Made by a program: the position numbers and the translations under genes
Notes under the pieces: generated by a model
The model's database searches: none
What the model saw: the letters and a program-made list of their open reading frames with translations, nothing else
What the model was told of the DNA's origin: nothing
Origin: Lama glama
Taxonomy: Eukaryota
Reading direction: 5' to 3'
NCBI GenBank assembly: GCA_028534125.1
Contig: CM052817.1
Coordinates: forward strand, 1,676,001-1,740,000
Length of the DNA: 64,000 nucleotides
Shown: positions 27,901-39,900 of the stretch, in pieces
Layout of the letters: every line of letters starts with the position of its first letter
Position numbering within the stretch: position 1 is the stretch's first letter

Positions 27901-30900
27901 TGGAGGAGGCCTTCTATTACATCCATAACCTCGTGGTTGCGTGTGAGATCCAGGTGGGTGGTGGCCATCCCGCCCGCCTGTCGTGTGTGCAGGTGTGGGG
28001 GTCCTTGTAGCCTCTTGCTGCTTATTTTGTGGGAATGGCTTTTGAGCAGTCTCTCTGCCAGGAGTGAGCTCCTGCATCTGGAAAATGCCACTTCACTGGT
28101 TTAAGTTGGCAGATGATCATGGGCTTTTCATTTCTCACTTTATTTTTCAAGTCCGTAAGTCACTCCCATTCGTGGAGCACAAGTGCGCAGTAGCCCTGGC
28201 GCCAGGGCCTCTGTGTACTAAGCTGGCGCACGGTGTTTCGATTGACCCTCTCGGCACTCCTTTCAAACAAGTTGGCACAGAAAGATAGAGACTCGCCACA
28301 GTCTCATCGCCGTGAGTGCTGCTGATGCCAGGGCTGCCCTACCCCAGGTTCATGCTCTCCTCACGGTCGCTCTGACCTGCGTCTGGTTGGTAATGCAGCC
28401 CCCAGTCTCCTTCATACGACCTTGAACAGTGCTCTGTTTTCCCATTTTTCCTCCAGGTATGAGTGGAGTGGCCAGTATTTTTCATGCCAAAGAAAACCTG
28501 AAAATAACCTTGTGATTGGCCTACCAATATCCATCTTACATTTTTTATTCTTATACTCTGATGATTTCTTTTGAAACCTGCATTTCTTTTGCAGTGACCT
28601 CTCATAGTCCTCTGACCTGCTTGCTCAGTAAGGAATGCCAACTGTAGTGTTTGCTTGTTTTGGAAAAGGTTCGCACTCTGGCCAGTGCAGGAGGGCCAGA
28701 CAACTTAGTCCTCCTGGATCCCGAGAAGTACAAAGCCAAGTCCCGCCCCGCCGGGTCCCCGGCCGCGGAGGGCAGCGGGTCAACTCCCCAGTGGCAGATT
28801 GGTGAGCAGGAGTTTGAAGCCCTCATGCGGATGCTCGATAATCTGGTAAGAATGTTGCCCCACTCGATGATGAAGCTTTCCTCCTGACAGCACAAGCGTC
28901 CGTGTCTTTTTGGCGAGTGAAGTCGTCGTGTGAAACGGCCGCCTTCACGCAGCGTCCGGCGCTGTCCCCCTCAGAAGTCATGAGGCAGCGCCAGGCGGTT
29001 TAACCTCTGGTTAAACAGCGATTAAACAGAGGTGAGGGTTTCTTTTCTCCTGTTGTTCTTTAAAAGTAGCCTTGTTTGGACTGTGGGGACCAGCACAGAG
29101 AGCAGTCTGCTCTGCAGGGTGACGGGCTCCTCACGTGGCCGCTTCCGCTCGGTCCCCACCGCCTGCAGGCAGGCTGTCGAGCGGAGGCCTCCTGAGTCAG
29201 GCAGCCAGGTGTCTGCTTGCTTGTTTGGACGGTAAGTGCTAACTGTTGGGCCCTGACTGCCGTGCTCCGGGGACTTTGCTGCCGCTTTCTGCTCACGGGA
29301 GGCCATGGAGCCCAGCGGGGTGCAGGAGCCGTGACCGGGGGGCCTCCCCGGTGATGGGAGCGCCAGGATAACACACGCAGGGTGTGGGCTGCCGGGCTGT
29401 GGTGAGGGCTTTCTTCTTCCGTGGGCATCAGGGAGGAGGCTTCGGGTAGAAGACGGTGCTGGCAGGCGGCCTCTGGAGTGGACAGAAGTGCGGCCGGCTG
29501 AGCCGGGAGCGGAAGGCCTCCGCAGCAGGAGTGCTGGGACTGACGACACAGCAGTGGAGCCGGGCCCCTGCCTTCAGGTGCATCTCCGATCTCACCAGGT
29601 TCTTTACATATCACAACAAGGCCCTTCGGGGGCCTAAGGTCGAAGCAACCACGTCATAAGACAGCTGGCTCTGAAGCGGGGCCGCTTGCTGCTGCAGGTG
29701 GAGCCCGAGAGAGCCCGTCCTGCCACCGCGTGACGTCGGGGGTTCAGGAAGAGGCCCCGCTACGGGCGAGTGGGGCAGAGAGGCCTTCGGAAGGGCTGGT
29801 GTCCTCCCGTGTGGCCAGCTTCACATAAGAAAGTCCCAACTGTTGGGCCAGGCCACAGACGGGATGGCTGGCTTCTGGGGGCAGGAAGTGTAACTTTCCT
29901 GAAGATCTTGGGACAAAAAGAATGAATGGATCTGGGTCAGGTGTGCTAAGTGTCTTTGGGGGTTCTTCTCACTGGACTTCTTTGGACTTAGGAGAGTGTT
30001 GACTGCTGAAAGGGAGAGCTGGCTGTTAACTGAAGTGATAGTCACAGGAGTAGGTTTGGTCAGTGAGGGAGGAGTGAACAGAGAAAGCAGAGTCTTCCTT
30101 AACTTCTGAATTCATTTGTGCAGCAAAGATGGATTGCATTAGCTGATGGTCGGTTCTTGAGCCTGTGGCCAAGAATGGGACACAGGTCTTGCCCTCAGGG
30201 AATTCATGGTCTAGCCAGGGAAGTGGGCAGGCAGATCCCAGCTGGAGCCCAGCACGTGAGGTGCGTGTGCTGGCTGAGCGTGGTGAAGGCAGCCGGGGCG
30301 GGGCGGGCAGGAGCCAGACTGGTCGAGGGAACAGCGGGAGGAACAGAGCTCGCTGAGAAGACGGAAGAAGCGGCCTCGGGAAAGGTGTGCCTGCAGAAGG
30401 GGTGAGAGTGGGGAGGCGGTGGCCCAGGCGTCTGCGTCCGGAGTTGGAGGCCCTGAGGGCCTGGTGGGGCGAGGGCCACTGGGGTGGCCCGGTCTCACAG
30501 CCCTTCTCCTCTCCTCCGGCCGTTGCTTAGATGGTTCACTGCTGACACCTAGAAGTCTAGTGGGAATGGGAGGGAGGAGGACAAAGCAGGAACACCAGCT
30601 CGCCCCGTCCGTGCACTCAGCATGTTCTGGAAGGTGGAGAGAGACAGGCAGTGGCTGTCACTTGATAGGGAGGAAGACAGAACGACATGGTGGTAAGTGT
30701 GGTGTTCACGACAGCAGAGGCGCTTTACTCGGTGCCCTTAATGCGCGCTGATGGTCGTTTTTAGCGTTAGAAGGCCGTGCCGTTTACAGGAGGTTAACTG
30801 GGCGGCAATCAGTAATCATAGTCTGTGTTTTAATTTAGCATTCTCATCAGCTGTACGTGCTTGCCAGTAACTGAGCAGGGTAGAGAGTACTGGAAGATTC

Positions 30901-33900
30901 TCACACCATGAGAAACATTTCATTTTAACAGATACAGTCGGAAGAAATGCTAAGTTGTTTCCCAGTCAAGATATAATTCCACCTTTTCAAAGAGGGAGTG
31001 AATCTGTATTTTTGACTATGAGTCATGTAGTAAATCTGAGGTCTGAGCAGTGACTCTAGTTTTGGTTTGGCATATAAAGGGGAAGGTAAAGAAAAAACCT
31101 TACCTTCTCAGGATAAAATTCTGTGAAGTCCTGGGCGGTTTATCCTGAAGTCATGGAGATTGCTCAGGAGCCCCGTCTCTCTAAGCGAGAGGAAACTGGA
31201 GTTAATGAGGCCTGTGTTTTTCTGAAGACACGCCTTTTACAGCTGAGCCATCACTCTTCTCACCCTTCCGCGCAGCGCGCCCGTAGACGGAGGAGCTGCC
31301 GGCGCAGGCGTTTTCCTGTCTCCCTGAGGACAGTCACGTAATGGAGCAAAACAACAGCTCCGCTCAGGGACTGTCACCGCCCTTTTTTGAATGTATTAAA
31401 GGAGTGATTGCTGATGAAGGTGGCCCCCCAAAGAGGAGAATCACCCAGAGGGAAGAGCGTTCTCGAATAGAGAGGGACGTTTCTAAAGTACTTCAGCGAG
31501 GGCCGTGCAGGCCGCGGACTCACCTCACAGGACAAACCCTGTGCCATCCTTTCACATCTCAGTTCTCTCATGGTTCATTGCGAAGGTGCAGTGAGTGACC
31601 TGGTCCGGATACGAGTGCGGGTCAGGAGTCCCGGCTCAGCACGGCACTTGGCCCGGCTGGGTCCTCATCGGAAGGCTGTGCTGGTGGACACCGCGCTCCC
31701 AGACCCTCAGTCGCAGGCGGAATTCAGGCTCTTAGGGCTCCGGGAGCCGCGGCAGCTTGCGCCCTGGGAGCCCGCGCGGCGGGAGGGTGCTCTCCGGAGG
31801 GCTCCTCGCCCTGTGGAACGTGTCCCCACACCTCTGCTGAATCCTGCTGGTTTGAAGCAGGTCACGGGTCCTGCTCACTCCCTGGGAAGGCCTTTCCAGG
31901 AGGTGGGGACCTCGGGGCCCACTGTACTGCCCGTGTGGGACAGCTTCCCATTGCCGAGCGCGGGGGGCGATTGAGACGGCACCTGTACCTGGCCGCCTGG
32001 GGGATCAGCAGGCAGGCTGCTCGGCGCCGGGGGCCGGGTGCTGGCAAGGAGGCGTGAGTTCGTGGGGGACGTGTTTTAAAACATAGTAAATGGTCATGAG
32101 ACAGCGCTAAAGCTTAACTCGAATGTTACAACGTTCAAAGGTAAAGTGATTTTGCCAAGAACCAGCTGATCTTCCCTAAAGAGTATCACTGTATTTAAAC
32201 TGTGATTTAAAAGGTAGAAAAAAGAAGTATTAAGCAGGTTGATTAACGTCACTTGCACCGTGGCCAGCAGCAAGTAGACCCTGACTGTGCTTTTAAATTT
32301 TAGCTCAGTTGAGATACGTGTACGCAGAAGAGTGCACTGTTTAAGTGTTTACTTTATTAATTTTTAAGAACTGACACAGCAGCACCCAGATCAAAAAACA
32401 CCACCAGCTCTCAGAGCCCCTGCCCCTCCTTGAGTCTCTTGCCCCGTCCCAGGGGCGGCCCCGTCCTGCCTTCTGGCAGCAAAGACTGGTTTTGCTGCTT
32501 TTTGTACTTTCTATAAACGGAATCGTACTTGTGTTCTTGCACATTTGGTTCCTTGGGCTCCACACCCTGTTTGTGATTCACCCGGGTGTCGCGCCTCGTG
32601 GTGGAGAATCCGCTGCTGTGTGAATGCACCGCAGTTGCCCATTCTGCTGGCGACGGGCTTCTGGGTGTCCCCCACCTGGGGCTCTGGGCCGAGTGCTGCT
32701 GCCAGCATTCTGATTCCTGCCTCTTGGTGAACGTGCTTGCGTTTCTCTTGGGCATGCTTGTAGGAGTGGGGTTGCTGAACCATAGCTGTGCTTATATTCA
32801 GCTGTGGGAGACATCTCCACACAGTCCCCCAAAGTGAAGCTCTGTGTTGAGATCTGGAATACTGACTGTCTCTCGCTCTCTTTGGACCCTAGGGTTACAG
32901 AACTGGCTACCCATATCGATACCCTGCTCTGAGAGAGAAATCTAAAAAACACAGCGATGTGGAGGTCCCTGCGAGTGTCACGGGTTACCCCTTTGCTAGT
33001 GACGGTGACTCGGGCACTTGCTCGCCTCTCAGACACAGTTTTCAGAAGCAGCAACGAGAGAAGACAAGGTGGCTGAACTCTGGCCGGGGTGAGGATGCTT
33101 CTGAGGAAGGGCCGAATGGAAGCAGCCCCAAGTCGAAGACTAAGGTGTGGACGAACATTACACACGATCACGTGAAACCCTTGCTGCAGTCTCTCTCGTC
33201 CGGTGTCTGCGTGCCAAGCTGTATTACCAACTGCTTGGTCTGTGCCTACCTTACTGTTCATAGTTAGATGACGTAGAGCAAGTGGGCAGCTGGCGCTTCG
33301 GAGGCTTTGGGACCCAGCCCACCTGGCCCAGGTTTAAAGCGAACCTCCCTCATTAACCTTCTTCAGCCTGAACCCAGATCCACTTTAGGCGTAGCTGTAA
33401 TTCAAGTAATTCTCTCTGCTTGAAACTGCTTAAGATGCATTGTCCCTCCTCGGTAACTGAGCATCACCTAACTCCGCACACAGCACAAGTTCCCCGTAAC
33501 TCACCTGTATTAACCTCAAAGTAGGAGCTGTCATTCAGTTCGAATTGTGTTAGAAGAATCTTTGAAAAAGGTAGTTGAATCGTAACCTGTTACTTTAATG
33601 CTGTAAATTCCAGCTGTTTCATTAAGTCATTAACCCAAGTCTGTTCTTTAAAGTCTTCAGTGTTTTCTTAAGCAGTTTTCCCTTGTGGCTCATGGGCGAC
33701 TCCTCCTCGTACCCTGGTCCTTTCTCGTTAGCCTCCTTCCCTGCTTGCCGTCCCAAAGCCTCCGAATGCTCTCAGCTGGCTGCCTTCTGCATGGACTGTT
33801 GCATGTGAGTAGTCGGCCGTGGTGGTGAGTCTTCTGACTCCTGCTGGGTGCGGCATGACCCAAGTGCAGCGCAGGCCCGCGACACACGCTGTGAGGGAGC

Positions 33901-36900
33901 TTCATGTCGGGAGTAGCGCTGTCCTGACAGATACTCCACTGCCCTGGGGCCCCCGCGTCCCTGCGCAGCCCTGGCCCTGGCCAGTCCACCGGCCCCTGCG
34001 TCAGAGCAGGAGAGGCCCTGGAGTGGAGTCTCCTGTGAGGAGGCTGAGGCCGGGTCGGACACGTCTCTGCATGACTAGTTCTGTAGGTGAAATCGGCTTT
34101 GAGGGCCTAAGAGAGGGGCACCAAGTAAGCCAGGTGGGCTTTCCTGCCACCTTGTAACAGTCTTTTACTTTGTAGATGTTTTTAAAAGAAAGAAGTTCTG
34201 TCTTCCCCAGGTGGTTCTGGTGTCTTCCTGATGCACAGTTGGGGAGAGAGCCTCTGTGCTCCTCGGGGAACGTGTCTCGAGGCCCAGGCTCTGCGTGAAC
34301 ATGGCGGGGCCCCGTCTCTCCTCCTCCCTGCTCCCTCCCACCCTTCTTCCCCCTCTCTCCCTCTTTTCTTTTTTCATTTCATTTGTTTAGTTTTTAATTT
34401 ATTTTACTCGTTAAAGGGAGTGGGCCTAAAACCAACTTGCTGCTGACCGTGTGCGTACGCAGTGCTGAGTTCCTGTGATGGATTTCTCCAGAGTGTGTGT
34501 GCAGCAGCAGCTTTGAGCATTACTTACTGTTAGCTTGAAAACATTAGCTCACTGTAGGTATTTTAGTCACTGTGTACATTGAAGGGGAGACCTCGTTCAG
34601 CTTTTAGATTTATTTCTTACTGTTCTGGAGTAAGACACATTCCATGCAGTGTTCCCAGGTTGGTATATTAATTTACAATAACTGTCGTTAAGTTCTCAAA
34701 CGTGTTGAAGCTTCTGAGGTGGTTGCTTTGATGTTTTGACTAAAATCATGTTTACTGAGAAGCCGGAGCTATTCCTGCCTGGGAGGATAGCGGCAGTGAG
34801 TACCCGCGGCTCATGTCCATCCCACGCGGCCGCGCAGCGGCCCAGCATCCGACAGCCTCGCTGCTTTCTTGAAAGTCTCACATTTATGGCTATCTTACTG
34901 CCTCTGGAAAATATTCTGAAAGGCGTAACATTTGCTCTGTAAGATGGGCTCGTTTTAGTGTTCAGTGCCTATTCATGCCTGAAAAACTGAATTTGATGAA
35001 AAATCGCATACTGGATTGGAGGTCCAAAAATAAACGCTGGAGTGCAGGCACGGTGCGCCGGTGATGCGCGCTGATCTCTGAAACAGCCTCCGGGGGGGCT
35101 CATGAGCGCTTCAAGTTTGTTTGGGACATTTTTGTGTCACTCCGAATTATTAAGTTATATAAAATACTTGACATCACCAAACTCCTCCACCAGGCAGCTA
35201 CTGTATAGTCTTCATACAGTAATTATCTTGGGTTGAAATAGCTACGCAAACAGTACGTTCTGGTGCTGCGCTGCATTTTAATGCAGACCTTTGGTGATGT
35301 CTGCTCGTGCCTCACCGCACAGAGTCTCCCCTCACCCGCAGCAGCATCACACCGCTTTTCATGACCTCATCATCTCATGCTTCCAGCCGGCTTTGGTGTC
35401 GATGACTCTCGGAGCGGTGAACCAACGTGCTCTGAAGGGTCCCCTGTGGCCAGTCTGAGGGGGTCACGGGGCGTAACCCATGTCGTGGCCTGGATTTCAG
35501 CTGGGCTTTCTGACTGGCGCGTGCCAGTTGGTCACGACTCTGGCTTCCAGCATTACTGGTCTCCAGCCACCTCAGTGATGAGGCGCTGTGGGCGTTGGTT
35601 CACCCTCTGTGATGTTCAGTGCATGACCAGATGTGAGATAAGTTGGACAGACTGGATGCTGTGGTGTCACTTACTATTGTCACAATTCTGACTTTTCAAC
35701 TGTTCTTGATATTACAGTGGACTAAAGAGGATGGACATAGAACTTCCACCTCTGCTGTCCCTAACCTGTTTGTTCCATTGAACACAAACCCAAAAGAGGT
35801 CCAGGAGATGAGGAACAAGGTGCGTACTGACTGCCACCAGTGATGGGTGGACACTGCGGGAGGAGGCGGCCGGGTTGGGCGGGGGAGTGCTCGCTCTGAG
35901 AGGACTTCGGCTGCCACCACCGTGATGGCCGAGGTCCCCTCTGCGCCCTGCTTTGCTGTTGTGCTAACAAGGTGTGGTGTGGGAGCAGCGGGCGGTTTGG
36001 GCCCCATTCTTGAACTGGCACGCGCTCACGTAGCGGGGCAGAGTTGGCAGCCACAGAGCCTCTTCCCGGCAAGCACAGCCTGTGCCCCTGCCTTGCAGCA
36101 TTCGTTGGGGAAGAGGTGTGAGTGTTTGGTGTGCTGGAGCACGAGATCCACCAGTGTTCACGGTGGCACCTAAGATGGGCACACGGGGTGTTTCCTTTCA
36201 TGTCAGTGAGTTGGGTGAGGAACCTGTGCCTGCCCAGGCCCTCTAGGAGGTGCAGGGAGTCAGGAATGGGCCCTAAATCCGTCCCCTCAGACTCAGGAGC
36301 TTACCAGGTGGGTTGGACCAGCGCCGTCAGGCAGGCGCAGGGTCACACAGGACCCGTTGGGGCGCTGGCGGGACAGAAGAGCGGCTTGTGTGTGACTGGG
36401 GCGGGCGCCTGCAGGGCGCGCCTTGCAGCTCAGCGAGCCTTCTCTGTGCTGTTGGTGTGTGTCTCCTTCTTGCCGTCCTCAGATTCGAGAGCAGAACTTG
36501 CAGGACATTAAGACGGCTGGCCCCCAGTCGCAGGTTTTGTGTGGTGTGGCGATGGACAGGAGCCTGGTCCAGGTGAGAGCTCAGAGCGTCTCTGGCCTTT
36601 GTGGGTGGTGGCTCTAATGACCGTTGGGAAAGAATGACAAGGTAAGTGTTCTAGGCAGCCGCTTACCTTTGTTAAAATCTTCATGGTGAGGAATAACCCA
36701 GCCACTTTTCCTCGAGTTGGAGACCAGGCACACGCACGCCCACGGCCTCGCCCTCCCTCCGCCCGCTCCGCGGAACGCATGCCTGTGTGAGGGCGGCGCC
36801 CGCAGCGCCTGCTTGGGGCCCAGGCTCGTGGCTTTCGTGGTGTGTGGGTAAAGTGCTCGAGGCGGGTGGGCTCAGTGGACCTCGGCTCTTGTACAACTGC

Positions 36901-39900
36901 TGTCCTCAGCGAAGTGCTGCCCGGGGAGGAGTGGTCGCAGAGGGTTCCTGTAAATGTGACGCACATTTACACGCGTTTCTGTGCAAGGGCTGCACCTCGT
37001 GGCACAGTGGAGGTGACTGCGTAAGTAGTTACCTCGGAAAGTCACGTTGCCACCGAGCGCTTTCAGCACCAGAGTAGGGGACTGCTGTTGCATCGTCTGG
37101 GTTCGACCAGCCGTGCTCCCGGTTCTGGGTCCGTGTTTGCACGTGGCACCACCATCCCCGCTGCGCTCGCTCCTGGGCTGTCTCCGCTGCATGCTCTCAG
37201 CTGGCTCCATCCTGTGCTCTCATCGGTGTTTCAAAGCCGGGCCTGGTGGGCTCTGACGACTCAGTTTACTGTTGCAGGACGCACCCCTCTCTGACTGTAC
37301 GGAAACAATCGAAGGGCTCGAGCGTACAGAGCAGGCCTTTAGTCCCGCTAGAGCTCTCTCTTTTAGAAAGGTACACACTGCCCTGCCCCCCGCCACCGCC
37401 AGCACACCCTTCTCTTCCGCCTGCCCTGCCCCTCCTGTCTGCTCCCGCTCCGTACTGTCTTAGTTGCTGCAGGGCCTCTAAACGGACCTTTGAATTATTT
37501 GTGAGATTGTACAGAAGGTTCTGTTCTGCCTACTCTGTTCTTTAATGAAAACGTTTTGTATGGAATTTTTACGATTTTCAGCATTTGTGTGTTGTGCTGA
37601 GAAGTGGCTGGCCTTAGTGATGTGGTGCGTTTCTCAAGTTCCGCGTGTGATGGGTCAGTGCATGTCGGGGGGTTTTGGAAACGTGCCTTTTACAATGTGA
37701 GGATCTCGAAGGCTCACGTGGGTACACGGTGAGCAGTGTGGCGGTGCTCCCTGGAGAGTCTGCCTCTGCTTGCTCGGCCATGACCAGGGATGTCACGAAC
37801 ATGGCAGCCAGAGTCTGTGTCATTTCAGAGGAATGGGAACAATACAGAACAGTTTGTGTCAGCCCTTGCTGATGAAATGTATTTTTACCTAAAAAAATAG
37901 AATCTTAGGTAATTGTTTAAAATGTTTCAAGGCGGGGAAAGACTTGGGAAAATTTGAAATCCCAGACTGAATTTCTCTAGCTGCACGTGTACCTGACGTG
38001 CACAGCAGGTGGGACGTGCATCCAGGATGACCTGCCAGGCAGAAGGAACCCCTCTGCGTGCTCAGGCTGCTGGGTGCAGAGCCTGGGGCCGCGCGGCTGA
38101 GGCCCCGTGTCCGTGGGAGGCCTCCAGGGTCCGCCCATCAGCCTGGGGCCATGCAGCTGAGGCCCTGTGTCCGTGGGGGCCTCTGGGGTCCGCCCCTCAG
38201 TGAGTTGCACCCCCAGCGAGGAGCGGGTCTGACCAGTGGTTCCGTGCGTCTGTCTGGCGTCCCCGCTGAGCAAGTTACTTTGCGTATTTATGTATTCATT
38301 CCGTGGGGCCCCTTTTTCCTTGTCCTTAGAATGTGCTTCCAGCGACCCTTCTTGGAGGAGCTTCTCGAGGAAGGGAGAAGATGTGTTCTCACCCCACTCA
38401 GCCTGTTTTCGCATTTGGTGCTCTGGACCGTGAGCTGTTGTGATCTGGTTGGTTCGTGACTCTTTACCTGGGGTGTGGGTGTGCGAGGAGTCCACGAGCC
38501 CAGGGGTGGGCCCAGGCTGGCTCACCGGCGTTGCTCTGCAGGCCCTTTGGCATCCTGCTGCTCCGGGTGGTTTCAGGCTGTTCTTGGGAGCTGGCAGGAG
38601 GGCCACCTGGGAGCTGTACTGAAGGGTGCTCTGTGCCCAGCTCCTCGTCCCGCCACAGTGTGGCTTTTGCTCTGCCCGGTGGTGCGCAGGTCTGAGGTGT
38701 GACGCAGTCACGTGTGACTGCTTTGTGAGGTGTGTCTGCAGGAGCCCCGTGCCTGGCTGGGAAACGAGAGCCTGTGGGAGTGAAGTTCCGGTGTCGCCCG
38801 TGTGGTCGGAGCAGCGTGCTGGCTGGGAGCGCTGTGTCCGGGGGAGTTAGCAGAGAGAGCTGCTTCCAGCTGGGAGGTGTGGGTGCCCCTGCATGGAGCT
38901 CTGTTCCCGCTTCCCCCCTGCTCTCTTTCTGGTGCTCACATTGGCACCCTTGGTCTTTTCCCCACCGACTAAGCACATTTCATTTTTATGGCAAAAACGT
39001 GCTTTGGCTCCACTGACGCCCTTGGCTGGGGCCGTGTCCACATCCTTGGAGTGGACCCCGACGTGCAGATGGTGTTACGCCCGGAAGATGGCACTGCTCA
39101 CCAGGCACGCTGAATTCCTCCTCCACGAGCAAGAGGGACTAGGGCTGTTCATGTTCTAAGCACGGCCCTCTCCCCGTTAGACGGGTGCGGCACACTTTCT
39201 TTGGGGGGACCTGAGGCGCAAGTGTCTGCGACTTGGGAAGTTGTTGCTTTTCTGGAGGAACTTTGGTTTCACCTCTCCCTCCTGGTGACGGCTGTCCACA
39301 TAGGGCAGGGATGTCTTCTGATGGAGGAGGGGGCAGGGAGTCGCCAGCCACACCCGATGCTGCAGTTCTGGGAGGACACTGGGCCCAGCCAGAGGTGCTC
39401 TGACTTCAGCGTTGCACAGGCCAGCATGCGGCCTGAAGCAATTTTGGCTGCCTTCTGGACTTCACTGCAGGTGAATCGAGTTGTTAGAGCCCAGGGTGTG
39501 ACAGTTTACACTGCAGGCTGTCCAGTGGAGGGAAGAGCTCTGTTGTCCGACTTGTGTAGCGCAAGGTTCCCTACTCCGTGTGTGCTGGCTGCTGTGTGGT
39601 GGAAACGTGAGGGGGCTTGGGGCTCGCCTTGTGGGGTTGCTTGGTGAACTCGGTGTTGAACACCTAGTATGTGTGTGGCCTAGCACCAAAAATGTACATT
39701 CAAGTATGGGTAGGTTTTACTGATGAAAGCCTGATGCTCAGAGAGGTCAGGTCACCAGCCCAGGCTTGCACAGCTTCGGAGGTGGAGCTGTCGTTGCACA
39801 CAGGCCGCATGGGTTCTGCTTGGAGCCTGTGGCGGGCCGGCCGAAGCGAGAGAAGCAGCGGGAGCCTCTCCGGGGAGCGCCGGTCCTCCCTGGTCCCTCG

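Noticed and set aside
32578..33261. 227-aa minus-strand ORF
   Set aside because: Antisense shadow of ADD1 exon 10 plus an L1 relic
38080..38198. Repeat units as a possible CRISPR-like array
   Set aside because: Two adjacent units with no spacers, no cas genes, mammalian intron context
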